Made by a program: the position numbers and the translations under genes. The notes beneath the pieces are model-generated. The model ran no database searches. It saw nothing but the letters and a program-made list of their open reading frames with translations, and was not told the DNA's origin. This document shows, piece after piece, positions 42,155-54,638 of a DNA stretch of 64,000 nucleotides. The stretch is taken from NCBI GenBank assembly GCA_951406725.2, contig OX597820.1:24056001-24120000 (forward strand). The letters are read 5' to 3'. This stretch comes from Octopus vulgaris (Eukaryota). Numbering within the stretch: position 1 is the stretch's first letter; the number at the start of each line of letters is the position of its first letter.

Positions 42155-42365
42155 CGTGTGTGTTTGTGTGTCTGTGTTTGTTCCCCCAACATCGCTTGAC
42201 AACCGATGTTGGTGTGTTTACGTCCCCGTAACTTAGCGGTTCGGCAAAAGAGACCGATAGAATAAGTACTAGGCTTACAAAGAATAAGTTCTGGGGTCGA
42301 TTTGCTCGACTAAAGGCAGTGCTCCAGCATGGCCGCAGTCAAATGACTGAAACAAGTAAAAGAGT
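41955..42365 (+). mobile_element. SINE family B
   Basis: Family B head (small deletion), body and tail. Confidence 0.88.
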
Positions 42366-42378
42366 ATATATATATGTA

Positions 42379-42413
<35 letters not shown>

Positions 42414-42700
42414 CAGTGACTACTGTTTTGTTCCATTGCATCCGATAGAGTCTGATTACAGAAAGATTTGGATGCTATATTCAACCCATCGAACGACCGC
42501 GGAGATAACCTCCCGTTAGTTCGAGACACTTCATGATTGTGCGTAGCATAGGCATAAAGAACTCCAATAAAATTACCAAGTGTCGTAGTCTCTTAATTAT
42601 ATCACCCGCAAACGAAGGATCAGTTATTGCTAAAGGCCATGGCATTCTTCCTCCTTATTAAATAATATAAAAAAACAACATCTGACATTAAATAACTGAT

Positions 42701-42742
42701 TTACCTGATGATACAGTAATGTAACCTAGAAACGTAAGTAAT
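42701..42742 (+). ncRNA. Degenerate hammerhead-like motif
   Basis: TTAC-CTGATGA-(17 nt, poor stem II)-GAAAC-GTA-AGTAA; stem I out of register by one base. Confidence 0.4.
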
Positions 42743-43532
42743 ATAAACCTAGGAGAAGATCAATAAAAACAAAATCAATAGGCTAATAAAATACCTTGAA
42801 ATGAAATTAAAATATAAATAACGAAGTCGGAACAAAGACATATTTTTAATTAAATATATATATTTAAATGAAAGAGCCGTCTTTTCTATGTAATATACAC
42901 GTCTCTGTGCATGTGATATTAAAACATACCGTGATTTTAATAAAAGTTTCTTTAAATTTTCGATATTAGTGTTTTTATTGTAACACAGAAAATGTTTTGA
43001 TTTATAGTTTACTATAGACATTTTCAGTGAATGGTTCTTTTTCTTTCGCTCTGTCCTAACAGTAAACTAATTCTGGATTAATGACTAACAAACACAGGAA
43101 ACAGTTATATAAGTTAAAAATCTAAATATATTATTTTTAAAAACAAATACTTTTTAAAACTAATCTGAATAGATTTGCAGAAATGAAAGAGTGATGGATG
43201 AGATGTGCGTAGCGCTCTTTGGATGGCCGTTAATACAAAGGGAGGTAGCTTTGTAAATGTTTCACTCTAGGGGTCCCCAAATGCCGGCCGGACCGCTGAT
43301 CATTTGGACTCGGGCCGCACAGAAAGAATAAATTCTAAAATTTGATTTCTATTTCATTGACTATCGAGACACAGGCGTAGCTGTGTGGCAAGAAGTTAGC
43401 TTCCCATCCACATGGCTTCAGGTTCAGTCCACTGCATAACACCTTGGGCAAGTGTCTACTACTATAGTTTTGAGCCGACCAAATCCTTGTGAGGGGATTT
43501 GGTAAACGGAAACTGAAACCGCTTGCTGTACA

Positions 43533-44108
43533 TACCAGGTCATCTCTTAAGTTCTGTCCGAATTTTGAATAAAGAAAACAAGCGATCAAATGTTATATTT
43601 AATTGATATTTAATCATCAATGTACTTTCCCTGATTATCTAAGACTCTCTTCCATCTATTTACAAGCTTTTTAATCCAATCAATGTAAAACTCTTATGGT
43701 TTCGAAGAGAAGAACTCTGAAATGGCAGTTTCGACCTCCTCCTGGCTTGCGAAAGTTATGTCCCCCAAATGATTCTGTAAACTACGAAACAAATGCTAGT
43801 CTGAAGGAGCAAAGTCGGGAGAATAAGGTGGATGAGGAATTTTTTCCCAACTAAGCTCTTCGATCTTCTGTGATGTGATCTTTGCAGTGTGGGGTCGCGC
43901 ATTGTCCTGATGAAACACCACTCCTTTTCAATTCACTAAAGCGGGTCTTTTATTCTTCAAAGCTTGGTTTAAACGCTCTAATTGCTGACAGTAGACTTGA
44001 GCATTGATTGTTGCATCAGGTGGTAACAATTGAAAGTGAATTACTCCTTTGCAATCCCACCAGATTGAGAGAAGAAACTTTTCCGCATGAAGTTCCCTTC
44101 TCGGTTGT
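43533..44108 (-). mobile_element. Mariner 3' half (transposase pseudogene plus 3' TIR)
   Basis: KFLLSIWWDCKGVIHFQLL..INAQVYCQQLERL..HQDNARPH..HPPYSPDFAPSD*HLFRSLQ; TIR at 43533-43563. Confidence 0.93.
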
Positions 44109-44934
44109 GGTACACTCTTAGTACATATTGTTAGTACACCCTTAGTACACACGCATACACACACATACTCACACACACACACACGCACACACACATATGT
44201 ATACGATGGGTTTCTTTCAATTTCCGTTTATCAAATTCGCTCACAAGGCATTAAATCAATCCGCGACTATGTATGTATATGTATATATTATATAAACATA
44301 CTCTGGTACTTACATGTATAACATATGTATATCACACACATACACACACACAGACATGCACACGCTCAGACGCACACACACACGCACACACATACACACA
44401 CACATAAACACGCGAACACACATGTATAACAACAGTGGGGCGACTGAGGGTTTCGCAGTTGTTTACAACTATTCATGTTTATGTTTAAAAGCTGATTCCG
44501 TCATAAACATTTCATCAAATGTTCATCGTAACGACACCAACTTCCAAACAGACATGAAAAATTGTTCTGATAAACGATGCTGCCAAAATCAGAGTAGGTA
44601 ACTGAGAAAACCCTTGTTCTTCGTGGATTGGTTTATTGGCTGAATGGCTTCAGCGTTGTAAGATATGCCTTGAGTCAGTGTTCTGAATTTTTACCTAACA
44701 CTTTTATCCTTTCGAGCGTCGATGAAATACAGATACCAGTTTAGTACTGTGTTCGATTTAATGGACTTAAACCTCCCATTAGTTATTTGGTTTTGTGTCC
44801 TACCGAAAAAAAAAAAACCCAAACATGTATGTGCGTGTGTAATGATATGAATATATTTAAAACACCTTTAAGCAATACAGGAGAATATTGAAGTTGATTA
44901 AAATAAAAATAACAAGGAACATTTGATCTAACAC

Positions 44935-44999
<65 letters not shown>

Positions 45000-45002
<3 letters not shown>

Positions 45003-45927
45003 CAAATCATCCCATAAGTTCTGTCCAATTTTACCTTTTTTAAAATTGAATGAAATATGAAATTTAATAGTATTTTAGAATGTCTAATGGAATTAAAAAC
45101 TATTTTTATGCACTTGTGTACATCTAAACTAATTAAATATTATTTTACAGAATAACAGAATTAAAATTTCTTTGATTAAAATACTTTCTAATATGGAAGT
45201 ATCCAAAGAGCATTTGATGCACATAATGCTTTATGAGTACATAAAAGGAAACTCTGCAGCCGAAGTGACTCGAAAACATACACTCAGTTTATGGGAAAGA
45301 ATTCTTGAATGAAAGAACTTGCAGTGGCTTGGTAAAAAGGAAGAAGCTCAACTACAACCGAGAAGGGAACTTCATGGGAAAAAAGTTCTTCTCTCTTTCT
45401 GGTGGGATTGCAAAGGAGTAATTCACTTTGAATTGTTACCACCTAATGCAACAATCAATGCTCAAGTATACTGTCAGCAATTAGAGCGTTTAAACCAAGC
45501 TTTGAAGAAAAAAGTCCCACTTTAGTGAATCGAAAAGGAATGATGTTTCATCAGGACAATGCGCGACCCCACACTGCAAAGATCACATCACAGAATATCG
45601 AAGAGCTTCGCTGGGAAAAATTCCTCATCCACCTTATTCTCCCGACCTTGCTCCTTCAGACTAGCATTTGTTTCGTAGTTTACAGAATCATTTGGGGGAC
45701 ATAACTTTCGCAAGCCAGGAGGAGGTCGAAACTGCCATTTCAGAGTTCTTTCCTTTGAACCCAAAAGAGTTTTACATTGATGAGATTAAAAAGCTTGTAA
45801 ATAGATGGAAGGAAGTCTTAGATAATCAGAGAAAGTACATTTATGATTAAATATCAATCAAATATAACATTTGATCACTTGTTTTCTTTATTCAAAATTC
45901 GGACAGAACTTATGGGACGGCCTGATA
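45000..45927 (+). mobile_element. Internally deleted mariner (DD34D) element with both TIRs
   Basis: TIRs ATCAAATCATCCCATAAGTTCTGTCC / GGACAGAACTTATGGGACGGCCTGAT; start MEVSKEHLMHIMLYEY; KKVLLSFWWDCKG, HQDNARPH, YSPDLAPSD*. Confidence 0.94.
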
Positions 45928-46177
45928 TGTGCGGCAAGCTGGTTTTAGTTTCCGTTTACCGAATCCCCTCACGAGGAATTTGCCCAAGGTGTCACGCAGT
46001 GGATTGAACCTGAAGTCATGTGGATGGGAAGCAAACTTCTTGCCACACAGCTACGTCTGCACCTCGATAGGCAATGAAATAGATATCAAATTTTAGAATT
46101 TATTCTTTCTGTGCCGCCCGATACCAAATGATCTGCGGTCCGGCAGTTGGGGACCCCTAGAGTAAAACATTTACAAA

Positions 46178-46277
46178 GGGAAAGTACATTGCTGATTAAA
46201 TATCAATTAAATATAACATTTCATCGCTTGTTTTCTTTATTCAAATTTCGGACAGAGCTTATGGGATGACCTGATAG
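46178..46277 (+). mobile_element. Extra mariner 3' end with TIR
   Basis: GGGAAAGTACATTGCTGATTAA...GGACAGAGCTTATGGGATGACCTGATA repeats 45830-45927. Confidence 0.9.
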
Positions 46278-46289
46278 ATATCTTAGATA

Positions 46290-46860
46290 TGACTTGTCCA
46301 GGCCATGTCTAAATTTATAATCACCACCTGATAGAATTTGCCAAATTCTTTTAAAACCAAGTTTTGTGGTATCATGGCCCATTCGAGTAGAGAGTTGTTG
46401 TTGAGTGAGTTGTGTCCAGATATAGGTGGGTTATCTGGTATCCCTTGAAGAAATTTGTCCAGATTCCGTTTAAAGGTGATGGGTCCTTTTCCCTCTTTGA
46501 TCTGTTTTGGGACAATGTTAAATAGGACAGGGCCTGTTGAGGAAAAGAAATTGTGTTGCAGGGTATTTATGTGTTGTGATCCTGAATTGGATAGGGAACG
46601 TATGGCCCGTGGTCGTAGCCTTGGATGAATTCTGAAACTAATGTTTGGGCAGTGCTCGTGGTATATTCTCTACATCGTACAAATGATGTATCGCTCTCGG
46701 CGGCGCTGGAGTGAATCAAGTTTTAATGCTTTAAGACGGTCCCAATAATCGAGATCAGTCATGCCCTTAATTCTTTTCGTGAATGCCTTCTGGGGTGATT
46801 CAATTTGCGAAATGTTTTGTTTTGCGTAGGGAGACCACAGGGGGGCAGCAGTATTCGAGT

Positions 46861-46862
<2 letters not shown>
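46290..46862 (-). mobile_element. CR1-group LINE 3' fragment (post-RT region)
   Basis: Minus-strand LEYCCPLWSPYAKQNISQIESPQKAFTKRIKGMTDLDYWDRLKALKLDSLQRRRERY.. and FKRNLDKFLQGIPDNP..NSLLEWA. Confidence 0.88.
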
Positions 46863-46898
<36 letters not shown>

Positions 46899-47159
46899 GG
46901 ACAACTACTTAATAAGGAAAACTTAACAAGAAATTGTCAGGTAGATAGCGTAAAAACCTCATAAGAGAAAAATTTCGAAAATAATTATTTCTTATTGAAC
47001 ATATTAATTTATATATAGAGGGTATTATACATACATGCCAGAAGGCATTATACATACATGCCAAACGCTAAGAGGGACAATTAGTCATTTCTACCAAAGA
47101 TATTACTAATCCCACCGAATGCAATTTTTCAAAGTAAGACATTTAAAAAAATATATATA

Positions 47160-47205
47160 GACCTGTATCACAGTGATTTCATACTTAGGTACTCATCAGC
47201 AGGCC
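47160..47205 (-). ncRNA. Type I hammerhead ribozyme, intact
   Basis: GGCCTG-CTGATGA-GTAC(CTAA)GTAT-GAAA-TCACTGTGA-TA|CAGGTC on the minus strand. Confidence 0.9.
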
Positions 47206-47557
47206 AGAATGCATTATATGTATGTATAATGCCTTCTGGCATGTATGTATAATGCCCTCTATATATAAATTAATATGTTCAATAAGAAATAATTATTTTC
47301 GAAATTTTTTTCTCTTATGAGGTTTTTACGCTATCTACCTGACAATTTCTTGTTAAGTTTTCCTTATTAAGTAGTTGTCCTTAATTGCTAAATTTTTATT
47401 CCGAAAAAACTTTTCCTCTCCCGAAATGCAATTCGTAAAAGTTTGCCATTTATCCGGATGTAATATATGTAAACTCACCCATGTGCTTCGTTAATGTTGA
47501 GCAGTTAGCTGATCGACTTAGGCTGGGCAGGGTCGTTGTTTATTTATAATGCATTCT

Positions 47558-47603
47558 GGCCTGCTGATGAGTACGTAAGTATGAAATCACTGTGATACAG
47601 GTC
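47558..47603 (+). ncRNA. Type I hammerhead ribozyme, intact
   Basis: GGCCTG-CTGATGA-GTAC(GTAA)GTAT-GAAA-TCACTGTGA-TA|CAGGTC; 6-bp stem I, GNRA-capped stem II, quasi-palindromic stem III, predicted cleavage after 47597. Confidence 0.92.
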
Positions 47604-47738
47604 TATATTTTTTTAAATGTCTTACTTTGAAAAATTGCATTCGGTGGGATTAGTAATATCTTTGGTAGAAATGACTAATTGTCCCTCTTAGCGTTTGGCA
47701 TGTATGTATAATGCCTTCTGGCATGTATGTATAATGCC

Positions 47739-47783
<45 letters not shown>

Positions 47784-47980
47784 TTATATTAATGTTTTTT
47801 TTGATAACAACTTGTATTCATATCTTAAATGTATTGAATTTTATACTGTATATATGTATGTTATTATGGTTGTAGTTTTGATAATTAGATTGGTCAACAT
47901 TCTAATATCCTAAAGCTGATAAACCAACTAATGTGTTTATCCATTTTCTTATTTGTAATATATATATATATGTATGTATA

Positions 47981-48019
<39 letters not shown>

Positions 48020-48972
48020 TATTTATATATATATCATGGGGCCGATCGAGTAAACCTATCAATAATGAACCTATAATGACTACTGGAAACAGTCGTAAGT
48101 CATATAACTCCAATAACGAAAAATATGTAACGACCATTATTTATGTCTTGTCTTCTAATTACGTATATTCATAAGTATATCATATGTATTATATGTAATT
48201 TATATGTAATATGATATATTACATATATCATATTACATATATATCATATTTATTATATATATATTGTTAATATATGTTATATTTTATTTAATTATATACT
48301 TATACATACACACACATACCTATACACACATACACACATATAACGTAAGTGGTGGTGTTAGGAATAAGTTAATACTATAATAATTCACGATTAGTTCTTC
48401 AATTCCGTGGAGGCTGAGATAAAAATCTTGACGACATTGATTGACTCGGTGTTATCGGCTTCACAGCTTCACACTGTAAAACGGAAGGCAAGCTTCATCT
48501 CACAACGGGTCCTTCGGGGCCAACAAGAGACAGGCTATCATTTTTCCTTCCTATTTATTTACTATCTACATCTCTATATGGTTATAAGTGTTACAGTGTC
48601 AGAGTGAATTTTTATATCTAGTCACGGAGCCATAAATATTTCTGAAGTTTAATGTTTGTGAGACTGTCACTCCTGTTATTAAAATTATATCTATCCTGCC
48701 GACCCTACATCGGAGTTTCTATGTAGTTGCACGTCCTGCTAAAAATAACAGTCAAATTTCATTATATTACACTCAACTGTATTTAAAAAGAGAAGGGGAT
48801 ATGTCATATCATAGTCGTTGATGCATCATATTTGAATAAAAAGTGTGGGTGTGTGGCCAAGAAACATTCTTCCACACCATCTGGTCTTGGGTTCAGTCCT
48901 ACAGTCCGGCACTTTGGGCATGTATCTTCAGCTATAGCTCCGAACTCACGAAAACCTTATATATATATGTAG

Positions 48973-49053
<81 letters not shown>

Positions 49054-49110
49054 CCTACCTACCTACCTATCTATCTATCTACCTATCTACCTATCTATCT
49101 ACCTATCTAC

Positions 49111-49185
<75 letters not shown>

Positions 49186-49242
49186 CATGCATACATGCGA
49201 TCATATATACAAACACACACACTTTTTCATTTATATATATAT

Positions 49243-49556
49243 GTATTTCGTCTGCCGTTACGTTCTGAGTTCAAATTCCGCCGAGGTCGACTTTGCCTTT
49301 CATCCTTTCGGAGTCGATAAATACCTATTTCTTTACTACCCACAAGGGGCTAAACACAGAGAGGACAAACAAGGACAGATAGACGGATTAAGTCGATTAT
49401 ATCGACCCCAGTGCGTAACTGGTACTTATTTAATCGACCCCGAAAGGATGAGGCAAAGTCGACCTTGGCGGAATTTGAGCTCAGAACGTAACGGCTGACG
49501 TAATACCGTTAAGCATCTCGCCTGGCGTGCTAACGATTCTGCCAGCTCGCCGCCTT
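49243..49556. mobile_element. SINE family A: plus-strand fragment joined to a full minus-strand copy
   Basis: Family A sequence on both strands. Confidence 0.87.
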
Positions 49557-50213
49557 TATAGCAGGTAAATTTCCGTAAAAGCGCATCCTGCCGTCCGAAG
49601 AAGAATAACACGAATGGCATATTTGAAAATATAGTTTTAGATATACACAAAGATGGGATGCCCGAGGTTAGAATGCTTTTTATCATAGGCATCAGTGATG
49701 AAACGCACTTGTGTGTGGGTTTTTTGGTGGCGTTTTCTTGTGATGACCTGAGTGCGGTTTCGATAAGAAATACGTTTGAAAATCATTACACTGGAATACT
49801 GGAATACATTTTTGGTGATTTCATTTATTTAAAGTCTATTCCCCCCACCACCACTAACTACGACATTTAGAAACGTCTATTTATACCATTTACATTTCTC
49901 TATCAATATATTTATAATTACATGTTTAAAGAAACAACCATTCTTTTTAAGATTCAGAAACGAAAATAAATTTCCAGCAAAAATTGATAAAATAAAGGTA
50001 ACGGTGGCGGTGCTTGTTCAGATACTCCGCTTTTCTTTTTATTATATTTTATATTCAGAGATTTTATAAATAATTATTTAAAAAAAATAACAGGTTTAGT
50101 CATATGAAAATTATTTTAAAATACGTTACAGTTAGCAGTTAACGTCAATGCAGCCATCAAATAAATGGAAAAAATAGTTTCTTCTACTTTGGTGCATCTA
50201 GAAAGCCTATCTT

Positions 50214-50853
50214 AACACCGATTCTTATATATTTATATCTATTATATGACTTTTATCTATTTATATATACTATTATATTTATATATGTCGGATTTTATAT
50301 CCGTTCTGTAGATATAAATGAATATATTAATATATGTATGTATTTGATTTTGTGTGTGAATCTTAGTAATGTACCTTTAGTTCCTGCTATCATTGCTTCC
50401 GCTCAAATTAAGACGTACATACATATACACATACATACATACATACGGTAGTATCTGATTTGAGGGAGGATTAGCTGTGCCTGCGTTGAGGTTCACCCGT
50501 TGGTTCGAAAATCCTGGGGTTAATATATATCTCTTACCTTTTCGTTTATGCGTTTCAGTCATTAGATTGCGGTCATGCTGGAGTACCGATTCGAAGAATT
50601 TTTAGTCGAATGAATCGACCCCAGTACTTATTATTTATTTTCTTTTGAAGTTCGATACTTATTCTATCAGTCTCGCTTGCTGAGCCGCTAAGTTACGAAG
50701 AGGTAAACACACCAACGCCGGTTGTCAAGAGTGGTGGGGGATTGGCAGACGGTCATATCGTCATTTAAAATATGTTTTAGTTAAATATTGTTATTGTTGT
50801 TGTTGAATAAAATTTATTGGAAAAAAAAAGCCGCAATACATACATACATACAT

Positions 50854-50884
<31 letters not shown>

Positions 50885-51272
50885 TACATACATACATACA
50901 TACATACATACATACATACATACATACATACATACATACATACATACATGAAACGGCCTGTAGATGAAAAATTTTGTAATTTTTGTATTTTTATATTTTT
51001 TCTGTATTTTTTCTGGAATTTTAATACGTCATTTTAATATATCCGTTTTATGTTTTATTATCCCAAATTTTAAATTTACCAATGTAACACTGATTCTTAT
51101 ATATTTATATATATTATATGACTTTTATCTATTTATATATATTATCATATTTATATATGTCGGATTTTATATCCGTTCTGTAGATATAAATGAATATATG
51201 AATATATGTATTTGATTTTGTGTCTGAATCTTAGTAAGGTACCTTTAGTTCCTGCTATCATTGCCTCCACTC
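50214..51272. repeat. Dispersed direct repeat of about 190 bp (50214-50404 and 51087-51272) around a SINE B tail
   Basis: Both copies read TAACAC.GATTCTTATATATTT..GTCGGATTTTATATCCGTTCTGTAG..GTACCTTTAGTTCCTGCTATCATTGC. Confidence 0.88.
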
Positions 51273-51324
51273 ATATACATACAAACATACATACATACAT
51301 ACATACATACATACATACATACAT

Positions 51325-51403
<79 letters not shown>

Positions 51404-51411
51404 ATAAATAA

Positions 51412-51660
51412 ATGCGTCCTTTTAAAGCCTAGCGAGGCTCATGGGCCCGGTTTCCCGGTTTCGATGGTGTATGTGTTCAGCAGCTGGATGGGATGCCAGT
51501 CCATCGCAGCGTTACTCATTTTTGCCAGCTGAGTGGACTGGAGCAACGTGAAATGAAGTGTTTTGCTCAAGAACACAACGCGTCGCCCGGTCCAGGAATC
51601 GAAACCACAATCTTACGATCATTATGCTGACACGCTAACCACTAAACCACGCGCCTCCAC
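51412..51660 (-). mobile_element. Chimeric SINE: family D head/core with family C V-like segment and tail
   Basis: Minus strand TTGAGCAAAACACTTCATTTCACGTTGCTCCAGTCCACTCAGCTG, then GCTGCGATGGACTGGCATCCCATCCAG..GAAACCGGGAAACCGGGCCCATGAGCC. Confidence 0.82.
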
Positions 51661-51691
51661 ACACACACACACACATCTCTCTCTCTGTCTG

Positions 51692-51763
<72 letters not shown>

Positions 51764-51873
51764 ATGTAATGATAATAAAAAGTAAAGACAAAAGAATGAG
51801 GTCTCGATATTAGAGAAATAGGGGATTATTTATATATGTTATAATTTAGAACAAATAGTAAAAGGTTGTCATT

Positions 51874-51932
51874 ATAGTACTCGGAGTTTCGAATGTCGGA
51901 GCGAAGAGCTACGATGCATTCTCGTCGGCTAT
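51874..51932 (-). ncRNA. Type I hammerhead motif with a single core substitution
   Basis: ATAG-CCGACGA-GAATG(21 nt)CATTC-GAAA-CTCCGAG-TA|CTAT; all three stems pair; U4 changed to C. Confidence 0.78.
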
Positions 51933-52434
51933 TAATGTGTGTGTTTGTGTGTGTGTGCGACTGCCTGCTATTTTATGTCATCTATATCTAACCACCAGTG
52001 CAACCGCTGCCGCCGCCGCCATCGCCCCCGCCACCACGACCATCACCACAACCCTCCACAACCACCGCCAACTCCGTTCTGCAGCTATCACTGCCGCTGT
52101 CACGCAAACCTCATCCCCCCCCCGCCGCACGCCTCCCCACTCCACCCACCTCACCCCACCCCCAACCAAACTCTTCCCACCACAGCCAACGTAAATGAAT
52201 AATGCAGTCAGTAAACCTGCACAAGTTGCTGAACAGAAACCACATCGATCTCACCTGTTTGATAATGGCAGAACATGTAAAGGTCATGACCCTGTACACG
52301 CAGCCCCTCCTATTCCTCCTCATACTCTCCTCTCTTCTATATTCTCCCTCGAAAAGTGCAGTCTAGTATTGTGCAGCGTGTAGAGTAGTCGCGTTTTACT
52401 GTTGTTGTCATTTGGTATCGAATCGTACCCGATT

Positions 52435-52840
52435 CTCTTTTACTCTTTTACTCTTTTACTTGTTTCAGTCATTTGACTGCGGCCATACTGGAGCACCGCC
52501 TTTAGTCGAGCAAATCAACTCAGGACTTATTTCTTGGATGCCTAGTACTTATTCTATCAGTCTCTTTTGCCGAACCGCTAAGTTACGGGGACGTAAACAC
52601 ACCAGAACCGGTTGTCTTGCGATAATGGGGGGGGGGGGGCAAGCACAGACACAAACACACACACACACACACACATACATATATGCGACGGGCTTATTTC
52701 AGTTTCCGTCGACTAAATCAAGTCTTTGGTCGGCCCGAGGCTATAGTAAAAGACACTTGCCCAGGGTGCCACGCAGTGGGACAGAACCCGGAACCATGTG
52801 GTTGGTAAGCAAGCTACTTACCACACAGCCACTCCTGCGA
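52435..52840 (-). mobile_element. SINE family B, full-length
   Basis: Family B sequence. Confidence 0.88.
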
Positions 52841-53084
52841 TTAAACAGAATAATGATACAATTCTGTATCGTCATTTTCCTTCTAAAGAAATGGGCTAAA
52901 GAAGTTCGTGTGTGATTTCATGGGAGATTTAGCTGTAATTTCTAGCAAGATAGGTGGTTTTTTAGAGGTTCTCTTGTTGGCTGAACAAAATGTTACGTAG
53001 GTCTTACGATAGCAATAAAGTGCAATCCCGTATAACGTAACGTATTTTTTAACAGTGTATCTCGAAGCACATAAAGCTATAAGT

Positions 53085-53815
53085 AATCCTTTCTATTGTA
53101 AGCAAAATGCCGAAATTTTCGTGAGGTGGGGCTATTCGACTCCTGTCAACCTTAGTATTCAGATTATACTTATTTTATCGACTCCAACAGGATAAAAGGC
53201 AAAATATGTCTCTACGGGATTTGAACTCAGAACGTAAAAGCGGATGAAATACCGCTAAGCATGTTGCCCGGCGTGTTAACAATTTTGCCGGATCGCCGCC
53301 TTACATAAAGCTATAAATAATAAATCTGTAGACATTGGGGGGAAAAACCCTTTTGAATAAAAAAAAAAGTGGAAGGCTGTCGGAAATAACTCTATGAGAT
53401 CATCTGAAAATATTGCTTTCAAATTTCGGTACAAGGTCAGCAATTTCGGGTGAGGCATTAAGTCGATTACCACGACCCTAGATTTCAACTGATACTTATT
53501 TTATCGACCCCCGAAAGGATGAAAGGCAAAGTCGACCTCGGCAGAATTTTAACTCAGAACGTAAAGACGGACGAAATACCTACTTCTTTACTACCCACAA
53601 GGGGCTAAACACAGAGGAGACAAACAAGGCCATACAAACGGATTAAGTCTTATATACCGACCCCAGTGCGTAACTGGTACTTATTTAATCGACCCCGAAA
53701 GGATGAAAGGCAAAGTCGACCTCGGTGGAATTTGAACTCAGAATGTAGCGGCAAACGAAATACCGCTAAGAATTTCGCCCGGCGTGCTAACGATTCTGAC
53801 AGCTCGCCGCCTTAT
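53085..53815 (-). mobile_element. SINE family A cluster (three copies)
   Basis: Reverse family A copies. Confidence 0.87.
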
Positions 53816-54488
53816 CATCTGGAAATATTAATTGCACCAAGTTGATTCTTTATCGCGGTCGGATTTTTACCAGTTCCTCTCTTAATCACTGTTTCAACAT
53901 CGAGTCGAAACTTTCAGCCCGTATAAACATTTATGTAAAGAAATGCAACGCAGTGTGGTACATGTAGTCTCGTTTATCCCCGACTCATTTATCATTGATC
54001 CGGGATAATGCGGTACACTCAATTGTGAACCGTGTCACGATTATCATAGATTGGTCTATGATAACACAGATCGGCGTTTACGCTCAATAGTGAAACATGT
54101 CACGCTTATCACGGATTGATGTGTGATATATGTACATTGGGTGGGATCAAAAGGTTTCAGTATTAGTTCTGCAGCGCCAACGGATGACAGCACACGGTTG
54201 CACGGTTGCATGTGCAGTGAGAGCTAGCAGTGGCCTTTATGAAGCAGTGTGCCAAGTGACATCGCTGTTTACTTCACACGTTGTGAAATTTGTGTTTTTG
54301 TGATCACAGGTATGCTGTAATCTGCGATTTTGTCATGTACAAACTTAGTTTGATTTGAAAACCCCACTAGAATGGGAGAAAGCGCCAATGATCTAAGTGA
54401 TATGAGATATATATATATATATAAAATGTAATATATATAATAAATATCTGTAAATATAAACCATCCGATCTTCTGAGTACCTCATTTC

Positions 54489-54593
<105 letters not shown>

Positions 54594-54638
54594 CTGAAAA
54601 AAGGAGGCTATTGTAGTTCGCTTGAAGCATTGTGTATT

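Larger units (their letters stand above)
46893..47750. mobile_element. ORF-less HHR-bearing element (retrozyme or solo PLE pLTR): 482-bp unit plus inverted partial copy, inside (TA)n
   Basis: Direct terminal redundancy 47219-47267 = 47701-47749; 46893-47218 is the reverse complement of 47545-47749 joined to 47268-47386. Confidence 0.85.

Noticed and set aside
53850-54370. Possible DNA-transposon fragment
   Set aside because: No TIR pair or transposase motif identified.
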